A DNA stretch of 64,000 nt, from the NCBI RefSeq assembly GCF_009914755.1, contig NC_060932.1; one strand, given 5' to 3'. Under the pieces are notes generated by a model. The model made no database searches. It saw only the letters and a list, made by a program, of their open reading frames with translations, and was not told the DNA's origin. Each line of letters starts with the position of its first letter. The stretch's first letter is position 1. The position numbers were made by a program, and so were the translations under genes. Shown here one piece after another: positions 44,683 through 59,764 of this stretch. The DNA is from the human T2T-CHM13v2.0 reference genome, Homo sapiens.

Positions 44683-46229
44683 ATCGATCAATCAAATCAG
44701 TCAGGATGTTCTTACAAGTCTGGATTTTATCTCATTAACTTCCCAACCAGAATTCATTTTGTCGTTGTTGTTGAGGTTCATTCCCTTTGTTGTAAAAGCA
44801 ATATTATATCTGAATCATCCATTGGCTGATTTATTTCTGGCTTTAAAAGTATTTTTGGCTTTAAAAGTAATCTCCTACCTTTCTGCTGAACTTATTAGTT
44901 TTGGCCGTTGTAATCTTATTATTTCGGTCTAAGAAACTCTGCCACTTTCTGCTGGAAGATATTGTGATATGTTTCCCAGACATGTGGCTGAATTTCTCTT
45001 TCAGGAGAGAGTTAAGGGAAGAACACACTGCTATCATTTTTCGGAGATACGCATTCAGTGACCTGTTCCCCAAAGGATGGAGAAAAAAAATGAAGTGAGC
45101 TTTGGGGATCTCACACACCACCTTGATTCCACTGCAAACTCATAGGCTGCAGCTAAGATAGTCAAATTTACTTGACGTCTGAACACACAAACCACTTGTT
45201 TGCCTCCAAAAGAGAAGGCATCAGAGTATCGTAGGACCCCTTACAGATGTATGATGACTCGGTGATGTCTGAGAAGAGAGGAATTTCCTGTGCTGTTGTG
45301 TAGCCCATGAATTCTGTCATACAGAACCACTCCCTTTAAATGTCACCTTTTCCTTCGCCTCCTCCTCTGAAATCCTCTTTACTACATAGACACACTTCCT
45401 GTGTTCTCAAAGCCCACATTGCCTCTATTGGATTTGAGATTTACTCAGTTCGAAGCGTCCCGATGAAGCAATCGGAAGTGGAGACAGAGAGACTTTTCTG
45501 CCGTGCCTGTGCTGCCCATCGCATAATCATAAATATCCCACGTGTCCATGATAAGATGAGTTGGAACAATCTTTTGCCTTCAATATACTCATTTCTTTGT
45601 GCATTTTCTTCCTGCACTCAGAAAAAGTTTTCACTTTTGTTGTCATTCTTGTCATGAAAGGTCCCTGATCTAAGCTATTTAGTATTATTCATGCTTTATA
45701 GAAAGAGAATTTAAGAAATGTTACATTCCTTATTTACTATCTTTGGACTTAGCAAACACCCAGAATGGGCCAGGAATCCATGTTCTCACTATTTCTGAAA
45801 CCAGTAATGAGGCCTTTCCTTTCCTTTCCCACCTATCCAAATCCTCCCATTTTTCAGGGCTCAGTTCCCAACTCTTTTCCTAGAGGACTCTGCCAGCTAC
45901 TCCAGCCCACATTGTTCTTCCCCTATTAATAGTATCACTGGCAATTATAATCTTGATTTAATCATATTTCACTTTGAGTTTCTAGATTTAGCAGTTCCCT
46001 TTGTGTGCTATGTGAAAAATAAATTATACATATGTCCATTCTAGTACTTCTCACTGAGTTATCAATATGTGGTCTCTCTGTGACTTCATTGCCAGACTGT
46101 GCCCTCTACAAGGATAGTGACAATGCATTTTTTTATTTGAATACATAATAACTAATATACTATGGTTACACAGTAACTATTTTGTGAGCAATTAAATGGA
46201 TATAGTTGAACAAATATACCTAGTATACA

Positions 46230-46285
<56 letters not shown>
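46230..46285. repeat. Perfect (TATC)14 / GATA tetranucleotide STR
   Basis: Direct reading. Confidence 0.97.
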
Positions 46286-46819
46286 ATCTTGTCTCCCTAC
46301 AGGCAATAAACCCTTGCCTATAGAATTAGGCTCTTCCAGGTCAGAAACTCGAAGTTAGTTTTTTTTTTTTTTTTATCTCATTTACGCCTCAATATATTTT
46401 ACAAGCTCAAATTTATTCAATAAATTCATGTTTAATTGATTTCTTAAATTTGGAAATAAAAAACTATGCAAAGTTTTAAATACATAAAGAGTCTTTAAGG
46501 TATTCTGCAACCTCAGCCCTTCCACTTGATATTTTGAATAAAAAGCATGCAGCAGTGGTCTTTTTCTTTAGAGACCACACTGTTGACATTGTACAGCATT
46601 TTATTCACAAACTGCATGGAATAAGATGATTTGGGCCTATAAGTAAAAGCCAAGATTCTACAATTCGAGCATTATTTTGTTTTGTTATTTTTCAACACTT
46701 TTATGAGGCAGGGGAAAAACATTGATGCTGGACACTTTTGTGGGGTTCTTCTTGCAGGGAGAATCAGCTTCATGCAATGAAAAGGATATGACATGGGGCT
46801 CAGCTATACCTGGAAAGAA

Positions 46820-46970
46820 ATCTCAGCCCTTCCAACACTTATTTGCAATCCTGGGCAAGTAATCTCACTGAATTTCTGTTTTCTTATTTAGAAAGTACGA
46901 ATAATAAGACCTCATTTAACCACAGTATTTTGTAAAATAAACTAGAGTAGGCTGATGAAGCACATGTAGT
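46820..46970 (+). mobile_element. MIR
   Basis: cacttatttgcaatcctgggcaagtaatctcactgaatttctgttttcttatt. Confidence 0.6.
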
Positions 46971-47190
46971 TACAAGTGCTGGAAATCCCAGTCTCCTTGG
47001 CACTAGACGGTGGTGTACACTGCGTGGTGGATTTCCCACACACTGGGACCAGCATCCTCTACGTGCCCTGAGGGTGGATGTCGCCCCTTCTCCTCCCACC
47101 TCTCTAACTCACGTGGCTGAATGGCATACGGCAGACAAACGACCTCTCCTGACATGTCGCCTGCTTGGTTTGCTTGGGCAATGGGGAGTA

Positions 47191-47311
47191 CCGGAGGGAA
47201 ATTGAAGAGTATTGGGGAGCGAGTTTGGCATTGTGTGGCTTTAGCTTCAAATTCCGGAGGGAATTTGAAGAGTACTGGGGGGCGAGTTTGGCGTTTTGTT
47301 GCTTTAGCTTC
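47191..47311. repeat. Two-copy duplication, period 63 bp
   Basis: 47191-47248 versus 47254-47311, 6 mismatches in 58 bp. Confidence 0.95.
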
Positions 47312-48134
47312 TTCCTGTTTTCAAAGGAAGGCTTCCTCTCCCACAGGTAATGGTTTCTGTCCGTGGCCTCTGCTGAGGCAACCCCACTTTCCCTAAGAAC
47401 ATTCAACCCCAAGCATAGAGAAAGATGCAATGAGGTATTCAACTATCCACCGGGTTTCCCATGCTCTGTGTACAACGTTGTAGACTCTTCAAATTATTCC
47501 ATTTGATGTGCCGTTTATTTCCTCTGGGAACCAGACTAAAACACCTTTATAATATGTTATAATATTATAATAATTATCTTTTAAAAAAAACAGAATGCCT
47601 TACACTGAACACTTCCTCCTTTTTCAGTAACAAACTGAGGAAAACTTTCTACTTTCCTTTGACTTGAATATTGGGATTAAGACTTTGGAGGAAGAAAGCA
47701 AAGGAATGAGAGCAAGTCCTAGATTTCTTCACTAGATTAAGTGAAGAAAACCATCAAGAGGGAGCTAGCAGTGTTAGCTCCAAACTAAACCTAAAAACTG
47801 CCAAGACAGAAGAGAAAATTGACAATTAGCTGAGAGCTCCTTTCCACAAAGCACCAATAACATCGTTAGAGTGCTATGGATTACTTAAGAGCACTAGCAG
47901 AGAAAATCTGGAGTCCTCTACAAGATTTTATAGTAAGGTGGAAAGGAAATTTAAGAATTCAATATCGCAATGGGGCATCGTCATTTTCTCTTGTGCAAGA
48001 ATGCTGTAGAATGCTAGCAGAACATGACGTCTACCAGAGCAACATGGTTGATTTCTAACAAGGATCAGATAAGAGAATGATGAAAGCTAATATAGATACA
48101 AGATAAACAGAGTTACAGATAAATGTATATAATA

Positions 48135-51100
48135 CCTCTATTTGGATATAATTATCAGATATAATTTACATATCATAAAATTTACCATTTTAAATAATAC
48201 GTTTCAGTGGTTTTCAGTATATTGAAATGCAAGATCATCACCACTCTCTCACTTTGAACATTTTTATCATCCCAAAAAGAAATACCCATGACCATTAGCA
48301 GTCAATTTATTTTCTCCTCATCAACCAGATGTTGACAACCACTACCATATTTTCCAAATCTAGACATTTGCCAATTCCAAGCATTTCGTATAATAGAATC
48401 ACATAATATTTTGTGGCTGGCTTCTTTCACTTAGTATAATCTGTCAAGGTTAATTCATATTGTAGCATGTATTAGTACTTTATGCTTTTTATTGCGGAAT
48501 AATAACCAATTGTATGGCCATACCATATTTTGTGTATTTATTCTTTGGTTGATGGGCATTTGTTATTTTTTCACATTTTGGTTATTATCAACAATGCTGC
48601 TATGAACATTCATGTACACAAAAAATATTTTTTTGTGAGCATTTATTTTAATTTCTCTTAGATTTATAACTGGGGGTGAAATTTCTGGGTCATATGGTAA
48701 CTTTATGTCTAACATTTTGAGGAACTGCCAGACTGTTTTCCAAAGAGATTGCAATATTTCACATTTCCACTAGCTGCCTACGAGCCTTCCAATTTCTTCC
48801 AATCCTCTACAATACTTGCTATTGTCTGTATTTTTGATAATAGCCTTCGTAGTGAATGTCAAATGGTGTCTCACTATGGTTGGATTTGCATTTCCCTGAT
48901 GGCAAATGATATTGAACAAATTTCCAGAAGGTGATCTGTCTACTTTACTGGGATCAATGTCTATTCACACCTTTTGCTTCTTTTAAAAAATTTGGTTGCC
49001 TTTTTATTATTGAGCTGTAAGAACTTCGTGTGTGTGTGTGTGTGTACACACACACATACCTATGTTTATATATACATGTTATTTTTTCTAGTTACAAGTA
49101 TCTTACCAGATAGATGATTCGCCCAATTTATCTCCCATTCTGTGGGTTATCTTTGTGTTTTCCTGATGATTTCCTTTGAGGTACAACGTTTAGAGTTTTG
49201 ATGAAGTCCAATATCTATATGTATTTTTTGTTGTTGTTGCTTGTGCTTTTGCTTTTATCTGAAAACAAAATTGCTTTCTACATGCCTGTAGAGATTCATG
49301 CCTGTGTTTTCTTTGTAAGGATTTTATAATTTTAGCTCTTTCATTTAGGTCCTTTTTGAGTTAATTTTTGTATATTGAGATGGATTGGGCTTCGACTTCA
49401 TCACTTTGCATTTGAATATCTAGTTGTTCTAGCATATTTGTTGAAAAGTCTATTACTTTATTTGAATTGTCTTGGCAGTCATATCAAATAACAATTGCCC
49501 AGAAAAATAAGGGTTTATTTTTGGACTCTCAGTTTCCTTCCTTGGATCAATAGGTCTATCCTTAAGTCACTGCAACTCTGTCTTATTGCGGTAGCTTTGG
49601 AATAAGATTTGGGAAGCATGAGTTCTCTAACTTTATTCCCCCTTTTCAAGACTACCTTGGGTATTTGGGGGTCTCTTGAATTTCAACATAAATTTTAGGG
49701 TCAGCTTATCAATTTTTGCAACATAGATATAGGTATTGCATTGAAGCTTCAGCTTAACTGAAGATTGCTGTAGCAATATGAAATCTCCCAACACAGAAAT
49801 TCAGTATTTCATCCTATTTATTTAGGTCTTCTTTAATTCTTTTAAACAATATTTTGTTTTCAGAGTATAAATTTGAACTTCTTTGTTAAAAGTATTATTG
49901 CATTCTTTTAGAAGCTACTGTAAATGGAATGGTATTCTTAATTTTATTTGCAGAGTCTCATTTCAAGTATATAGAATTACAATTGATTTGTCTACTTTAT
50001 CTGGTAACCTGCAAGCCTGCTAAACTTTATTTTTAGATATAATAGTTTTTTAATCGAATTTCTTAGCATTTTCCATGTCCAAGAGTGTACCATCAGAAAT
50101 GAGAGATAGTTTTCCTTCTTTTTTTTATTATTCTGGATGCCTTGTCTTTCATTTTCTTGCCTAATATGCTTTCTAAAACCTCTAGCACAATGTTGAACAG
50201 AAGTACCAAAAAGGCACATCGCTGTCTTGTTCCTGATCTTAGGGGGAAAGCGTTTAGTCTTTTAACATTAAGTATAATCTGACATGTGCAATTTTCATAA
50301 ATGTCCTTTATCAAGTTGAGAAACACCACTGTAATTCTTGTTTGTTGATTTTATTATGAGGAGGTGTTGGATTTTGTCAAATGCTTTTTCTGCATTACTG
50401 AGATGATTAGGTGGCTTTTGTCCTTTATCCTGTTGATATAGTATATCACATTAATAGATTTTCAGGTGTTGAATCAACCTTTCTTTCTTCATTAAATATA
50501 AAACTATTTTTAATATTAGAGATATAATAAAGATATACTTATGTATTATAATATATAGTAAATAAAAATGAAACAATATTTTCACTTTCCTGATGGTTTC
50601 CTTTCATGTGCAAAGTTTTGAGTTCTGAGGAAATCCAATTTATATATGTATTATTTGTTGCTTGTGTTTTTGCTCTTATCTGAAAACAAAACAAAAAAAT
50701 CAACACTGCTTTCTCCATGCTGACAAAGATTTATGCCTGTGTTTTCTTTGTAAGGATTTTATCATTTTAGCTCTTACATTTAGGTCTCTGATCCTTTTTA
50801 TTTACTTATTTACTTATTTATTTACTTATTTGAGACAGTGTCTCCCTCTGTTGTCCAGGCTGGACTGCAGTGGTGCAATCTTGGATCACTGCAACCTCCG
50901 TCTCCCAGGTTCAGACGATCCTCCTGCCTCAGCCTCCTGAGTAGCTGAGACCACAGGCACATGCCACGACTCCCAGCTAATTTTTGTATTTTTAGTAAAG
51001 ATCAGGTTTCACCATGTTGGCCAGGCTGGTCTCAAACTCCTGACCTCAAGCAAACCACTGCCTCGGCCTCTCAAAATGCTGGAATTTCTGATCCGTTTTG

Positions 51101-52815
51101 AGCTTCAACTTTGTCACTTTGCATTTGAATATCTAGTTGTTCCAGCACTATATATATTTTTTTATTTTATGTATATTATAAATGTATATTCCTTAATACA
51201 TTATTATGATGCTGGATTTTTCTTGATAATGTTTTGTTGAGGAAATTTGCATCTATATTCATAAAAGATATTGGTCTGTGGATTTCTTTATGATGTCTTT
51301 TTAGTTTATTGGCATCAAATTTCTACTGACCTTGTAAAATGAGTTGGAAAGTGTTTCCTTCTCTTTTATTTTTTGAAAGTGTGGATATATTTACATTAGG
51401 TCTTCTTTAATTGTTTCATATAATTCACCAGTAAAACTGTGATGCCTGGGGTTTCCATTGTGAGTAGATATTTTTATTTCCAAGTAATCACAGTACATAT
51501 CACAGATTCATTCAGATTTTCTATTTCTTCTTGAGTCACTTTTGGTACTCGGTGTCTTCTTTCTAGGACTTCTAAAAAAATTTATTTTACCAGATTTGTT
51601 GGCATAAATTTATTCTTAAAATATTTTTATTTCTGTAAAATTGTTAAATGATCTCTTCTGTCATTTCAGATTTAAGTAACTTTTCTTTTTGCTTTAATTG
51701 GAAAGTCTATTTAAGACTTTTTAAAAATATTTAGTCGATGTTACATAACCAACTTTTGATTTCACTCATTTTCTGTGTTTTCTATTCTGTATTTCATCAT
51801 TTTCTGCTCAACTCTTATATATTTCCTTCCTCTTGCTTGGTTTGTGTTAATGTTGATAATCCATTTCCAATGTGCTAGGTGGAAGTTTAGGATATTAATT
51901 GGAGATTTTTCTTCTTTTATATATAGACATTTACAGCTATAAATATTCATCTAAGCCCAGTTTTACCTGCATTCCATAAGATCTGATATGTTCAGTCATT
52001 ATATGCCTTTACCGCAAAGTATTTTATAATTTACATTGTGATTATTTTGCCTCATGATTTATTTAGTTGTATGCTGTTTAATTTCCATACATGTAGACTT
52101 TTCCTAGTTTCTACTAGAGGCTTTTAACTCAATTACAATGTGTTAAAGAACATATTTTGTAGGATTTCAATCCGTTTAAATGTATTAAGGCTTATTTTAT
52201 GACGTAAATACAGTTATCATGGACAACAGTTCATCTGCAAATGAGAACCGAGGTATATTAGATTTTTTTCACTTGGCTACTTTTACAAACGTTTTTGTTA
52301 CGTGTAGATAATTCATGATGCTATTCAATTCTTCTAGTTCCTTGTTATTTTTTACATAGTTTTTTATTTGTTAACGAAAGTGGGATATTGAAGTCACCAA
52401 CCATTATTTTAATCTATTTCTGCTTTTTAATTCTATTGGTTTTGCTTTATTTTCAATATTTATTAATTCTACTGGTTTTGCTTTATTTATATTTGCTTTA
52501 TTTATTTATTTATTTGCTTTATTTGCTTTGTTGGTAGGTGCATATATATTTACATTTGTTATATTTTCCTGATGAGTTGACAATTTTATCATTTTTTTTA
52601 AATGTCTCACTTCGTTTCTAGTGACACTTTTTGTTTTAAAGTCTTTTTTGAGCAGCGTTCGTACAGCCACTCCAGCTTTTGCATGACTGATATTTGCATA
52701 ATGCGTTAGTTTTCATTCTTTTACTTGAACATACACGTATTTTTTATCTAAAGTGAGTCTCATGTAGTCAATATATGGTTAAATCTCATTTTTAAAATCC
52801 AGTCTAACAATATAG
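48135..52815 (-). mobile_element. Long L1MB-type fragment (3'UTR and much of ORF2), degenerate
   Basis: Antisense L1 throughout; ORF-track remnants LWKTVWQFLK..LPYDP and LNAFPLRSGTRQ are ORF2-like. Confidence 0.88.
50800..51086 (-). mobile_element. Alu (AluJ or old AluS), 5'-truncated, (TTTA)n tail
   Basis: TSD tctgatcc(t/g)tttt at 50787-50799 and 51087-51099. Confidence 0.93.
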
Positions 52816-52849
52816 GCTTACATGCCTCTCTCTCTTTCCCTTCCTTTTT

Positions 52850-53106
52850 TGACCCATATATGCCACTTCTAGGAATTTACTCTGAAGATAAACTTTCAAC
52901 AATGTAAAAATACATATGTACACTCTTAATTATAAAATATTAGAAATAATCTAAATGCCATATATAAAAGAGTAGATGAATAAATTGATACATTGGTACA
53001 TCCATATTGTATTCATGAAGTATAATAAAAGAAAGAAAAAATAGAAAGAAAATAAAGCTATATTTAGGAATCGATAAGGAGTAATTTTCAAGATATGTTG
53101 TTAAAT
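52850..53106 (+). mobile_element. L1ME-like fragment
   Basis: tgaccc...ccacttctaggaatttac...aatctaaatgcc...gaataaattg. Confidence 0.6.
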
Positions 53107-53327
53107 ACACACCCTCTCCTCACATCAAGCCCCTGGAGGTAACCATTATCATTAGTTATTGATTTATTATTTTTACATTTCCTTTTTTAAAAAATGAGGA
53201 GATATATGTATATTTTCTTATTTCCCATTCTTTCATTCAAAACTGTCACACAACATACGATATACATATATATTGTTTTGCACGTATAGGTGTGTGAGCA
53301 CACATACAGAAGGATAGACTGATAGAT

Positions 53328-53352
53328 GAGAGAGAGAGAGAGAGAGAGAGAG
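53328..53352. repeat. (GA)n microsatellite
   Basis: Direct reading. Confidence 0.9.
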
Positions 53353-53379
53353 GTATGTGTGTGTTTATGTGAGAGTCTA

Positions 53380-54425
53380 TGGACCCCTGTACCCTAACTC
53401 TATCTGCTAAGAAGGTCTACGGCAGTGACATCCCAACACCAAAAAGCAAATTGGTAAACAGATCTTCACCATAAATATCATTTGCCAACAAAAGAAACCA
53501 GGGGTCCTTGAGGTAATGACTCATTCCATGGCCGGTGCAGGGAAAGTGCAGGCCAAGCCTGGGATATGTGTTAGGGCTAAAAAGTAAGAACATTTCCAAA
53601 AATCACAGGACGTATCAAAAGGTCACAAAGGCCAACTTGAAGAGACTTCCAATAGGCATCTGGGAGATTTTCAGCAACAAAGAGAGTGAAATAATAGCAA
53701 AGATTTGTAACCCATACATTCACACAAATTAATAATTAAATGAGTTAATGAATGAGGAGAAGGGAAAATCTTTACTTACAATATAATTCCAATTTCCAAG
53801 CATCAAAGAAATGATGGAAATAGAAAAATCACCATTTGGCAAACACGATGGCATTTATTGTTTCAGGCAAGAAGGATGAATATGTGGTAAGCCCAGTGAA
53901 TGAACGTTTGATGAGAAACGGAATATGTGCAATGTCCGAAAGTATCACTCACAGTATTTTCATTAATCACAAAAAGAACAAGTTACTTTAAGGTGGAGAA
54001 TACTGACAGACATGCCCCAACCAAGTGTCAAAGCTGGTATCAGTAGGAATGACTCTGAAAACACAAAATTAGTTCTATTATTGCCAAAAATCCATAGCCT
54101 AAATTGAATCATGAGGAAACATTAGAGAAACTCAAATTGAGGAGAATTTTATGAATCAAGTTTTCTACAAATGTGTCAACCTCTTGAAAGATAAGGAAGA
54201 CTGAGAAACCACCAAATGCAGTGAGTAAGCCTGAATCCTGGCTGGGAAAAGTAGCCAAAATTTGAATAAGCTTTGTAGGTGAGGCCATTTTTTATTAACA
54301 TTATTTTCCTTGCTTATATCCTTGTGATATGTTTATCATTACAGGAAGTTGTATGAAAGGTAGACAACAATTCTTGTTATTTTTAAACTGTCTATAAGTG
54401 TGAAATGTCAAAAAAATAGAAAAAA
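53380..54425 (+). mobile_element. L1MC4/MC5-like 3' region
   Basis: aaagaaaccaggggtccttgag, aaaatcaccatttggcaaac, aatcatgaggaaacattagagaaactcaaattgagg. Confidence 0.7.
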
Positions 54426-54599
54426 AACCATAATGACTGGCTTAAGGTTACTGGTAGCCATAAGAGACTGCAAATATAAGGTTTTATTTAAAGCTGGAGA
54501 GAAAAACAGTAAGTAAAGGTAATTAAAAGCAAAGAAAATTTACCTTAATAGGTCCTTGGCTATTTTTGACACATTATATTTTATGTATTCTTCCTAGAA

Positions 54600-54795
54600 C
54601 ACTAATAGTGAGGGCCTACTATGTTGAAACTTGATGTGCAAACCACAGCCACTAGAATTGCTGGAGTTACTTTGTATTTATTGATGATGAAACAGAGAAT
54701 CAAAATGTATAGCAATTTGTCCAGTTCACAGAGCCAGTTTTGGAATGTGGTCCTCTTTACAGCCAGAATGTATGACCTTTCAACTACATCACAAC
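54600..54795 (-). mobile_element. MIR
   Basis: gatgatgaaacagagaatca...aatttgtccagttcacagagccagt. Confidence 0.55.
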
Positions 54796-55197
54796 TATGA
54801 AACAGAAATATATGACTTCAGGTATCTTACCTAATAATTAATATTTCCTGAGGTTCTTGAGGTGAAAGGTAAAGGTGCTAAAACTATGTTCAATCAGTTT
54901 ATACGTCAGAAACTAGTTCTAAGAAAGAAAACTATTTTATGATGGCCTCTAGAAAAATCCCATTTTCCCCTTAAATTTGTTTTAAAGAAATAATTTCTAG
55001 TCATTTTAGTCAATATCTCATAAACACACTTGATCTCGGCTCAGGCTGGAAGAAGACTGAAGCAGCACGATACAGTGGAGTGAATTTGGTGAGAAACGAG
55101 AAATGCAAATGCCTACGAAGTAAGCTGAAAAGGAGAGAGAACCTCCAGGTTCCTATGGATTAGAGTAGGAAGGCACATACAGGGGAGATGGCACTCG

Positions 55198-55513
55198 GGT
55201 CCTCACAGCCATGGGCATCCTGGGCAAGACAGGTGAGAGCGTGACTCCGACACCCTCCCGCAGGACAGGTGAGAACGTGACTCTGACACCCTCTTCTGCT
55301 TCAGGTCCTCACAGCCATGGGTATCCTGGGCAGGACAGGTGAGAGCGTGACTCTGACACCCTCCTCTCCTTCAGGTCCTCACAGTCATGGGCATCCTGGG
55401 CAGGACAGGTGAGAGCGTGACTCTGACACCCTCCCCTGCTTCAGGTCCTCACAGCCATGGGCATCCTGGGCAGGACAGATGAGAGCGTGTGACTCCGACA
55501 CCCTCCCCTGCTT
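55198..55513. repeat. GC-rich minisatellite, 70-bp unit, about 4.5 copies
   Basis: Units start at 55198 (62 bp), 55260 (half unit), 55304, 55374, 55444. Confidence 0.97.
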
Positions 55514-55533
55514 TGGTTTTGTTCTGCATGTTA

Positions 55534-55613
55534 TTAGGTCGCTGCAAAAGTGATTGCGGTGTTTGCAATTGAAAGTCATGGAAGAAAGCGCAATCACTTT
55601 TGCACCGACCTAA
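55534..55613. mobile_element. Complete 80-bp MADE1 MITE (Hsmar1-derived)
   Basis: Inverted arms ttaggtcgctgcaaaagtgattgcg / cgcaatcacttttgcaccgacctaa; TA TSD at 55532-55533 and 55614-55615. Confidence 0.95.
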
Positions 55614-57379
55614 TACATTCCGGTTAAGGACGCTTTTGTCGACATTAAGATGTGTGTTTGCTTTAGTCACAGATCACATTGAGTGACAAGAAACATGATT
55701 TCAGCCAAACCCCTAGAGCTCACAAGGAGGGAGTGGTGCACCTGGGGAAACGCAAAGGCAGAGAATCCAAGGGAAAGTATTGGTGGTGTTTGATTTCATA
55801 GTAAGAACACATGTTTTCAATCAAGACCTCTCCAAATAAATAGATATGTGGAAATGGCTCCATTCATTACATGCCCAAATTAATAGTTAATAGAATAATG
55901 GGCCATTTTCCAGCTTTGGAACTAGCAAAGCCTTCCTGAGAGCAGAGGCTGATGCCACGGTATGAACTCTGTGTTTTGAGTCAATGAGATTTCTGAAAAT
56001 ACATCTGGAAGTGAAACATGTGACAGTCACATCTCACTATGAAGAGGTAAAATTCTATGTGCAAATAATTGTACCTATCTCTACATCCTTAGGTAAAACA
56101 AGAATACTCTTACAAGTGAAGACACTAAGCTAACAATGTAACCTTACTTGAAAGACTGAAGTTTATTGAAGTGAATTAGAGAGCATTTTATTCATTGAAT
56201 AACTTGACCCTTGATCAGGTTGGTACATTGAGCTTTCATTCCTCTGATACATGCTACTGTGTGTGAACCTAATTTAAGTTTACAATGTTTTTCTTAATTT
56301 GAAAGGTCTGTAATTAAAAGAATTAGACAATAGTGTTTTATACTAAAAATATTTTTATAGGCAGTTTGCCTTCAAATTCCTAGCATCTTGCAATTTATTT
56401 TTCATCTCTTTTAGGAAATGTCTTAAGCACATAATCGGATGTTTTGCTGAAAGATGCTGAATCCAAATTTATTGAAATTGGAAACACTATGTATTTATCC
56501 TAAGGGCTTATATTAATGCATACAAAACCACTTTAAAGAGTTTTCAAATAAAATACTGAATTAATTATTTCCCAAAACTCCCTAGTTATTTCAGTCAAGC
56601 AATTATTCAGCAACCCATGTAGTCTAACTTAATTAAATGCATTTACATTATTTGTGTAGACTATACACCTTGTATTATCCATTGATTGTAAAAGTTGACA
56701 TTCACTGTATTAGATTCTATTTTAGCAAACAAACAGATGGTAGGTTATCAACAATAAAAGAAAAAAGAAGATGGCCTTTACAGACATAAATTCCAAAAGA
56801 GGTAAGACCAAAATAGCTCTTAAACACTGTGATGAGAGCACCACTAACACCACCAGATGTAGAAATAAACATTCTGAGTCAGTAGAAGGTGCGGGAGGTA
56901 GGAAGAAATAGAACTTGCTATTTTCTTCCTCTCTGTCACAGGGAAATTTTTTTTCCCATTTGTCACCTGCAATTTGAACAAAGTAGTTTCATTAAGGCAT
57001 AATTGAAACAACTTTTCAAGATTCTTTCAGGCCTTAAAATACATTGCCAATAAAATAGTGCTCTTCTAAAATGGTAATACCACCTGGGTAGCCAGGTGTC
57101 CCTTTATTTTAAAAGGAAGTCAATCACATACTCAGATGGTTGATACTTAGGTGACGAAGCCATCTCCACAGCAAGAAAAATGGTGTGAACAAGAGCAAGG
57201 GGGAGTTGAGAATCCTGAGCTTACAGCCCTGCGTCCTGTGTCCCTCTACTGCAAATAGAGATTATAAAAAAATAGATTCATATCTTTTAATCACGTTTTA
57301 CTAACTGAAAAATATAGTAAATATTTGCAAAGACACCTGGGCTAATAAGGGTAATATTACTTGTACTAGCGTTAGGTAT

Positions 57380-59401
<2,022 letters not shown>

Positions 59402-59522
59402 GCTACATTGGCAATATTGTGAATGAAATAATATTCTATCCACCCATTATCATTTATCTGCAAATATCTGCAAAGGGATTTTAATGTGTTTCATTCTTGA
59501 TTTAAGTCAAGTTATCTGAAAG

Positions 59523-59524
<2 letters not shown>

Positions 59525-59554
<30 letters not shown>
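59525..59554. repeat. (TG)15 microsatellite
   Basis: Direct reading. Confidence 0.95.
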
Positions 59555-59556
<2 letters not shown>

Positions 59557-59764
59557 TGAGGAGGACCGAGGGGGACCAAGTGTGTTTGTGTGCACATGTA
59601 TAAAATCTTCTGACTTTTAATTTTATTTCCTCATGAACGGACAACTTGATCTGTGCCAATTTGCTTTTGAATTTTTATTAAGGTTCTCTGTGTGACTTTA
59701 TATGTTATTGTTCATGAATCCTTGCCAAAAATGCACATTTTCAAGGAAGGACACTTTGAAACAT

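Noticed and set aside
47104-47442. 112-aa ORF with an internal peptide repeat (NAKLAPQYSS)
   Set aside because: The repeat follows from the 63-bp (21-codon) DNA duplication and appears in ORFs on both strands; no sign of coding selection
55198-55513. CRISPR-like array or repeat protein
   Set aside because: Head-to-tail units with no unique spacers, eukaryotic context; ORFs are by-products of the repeat
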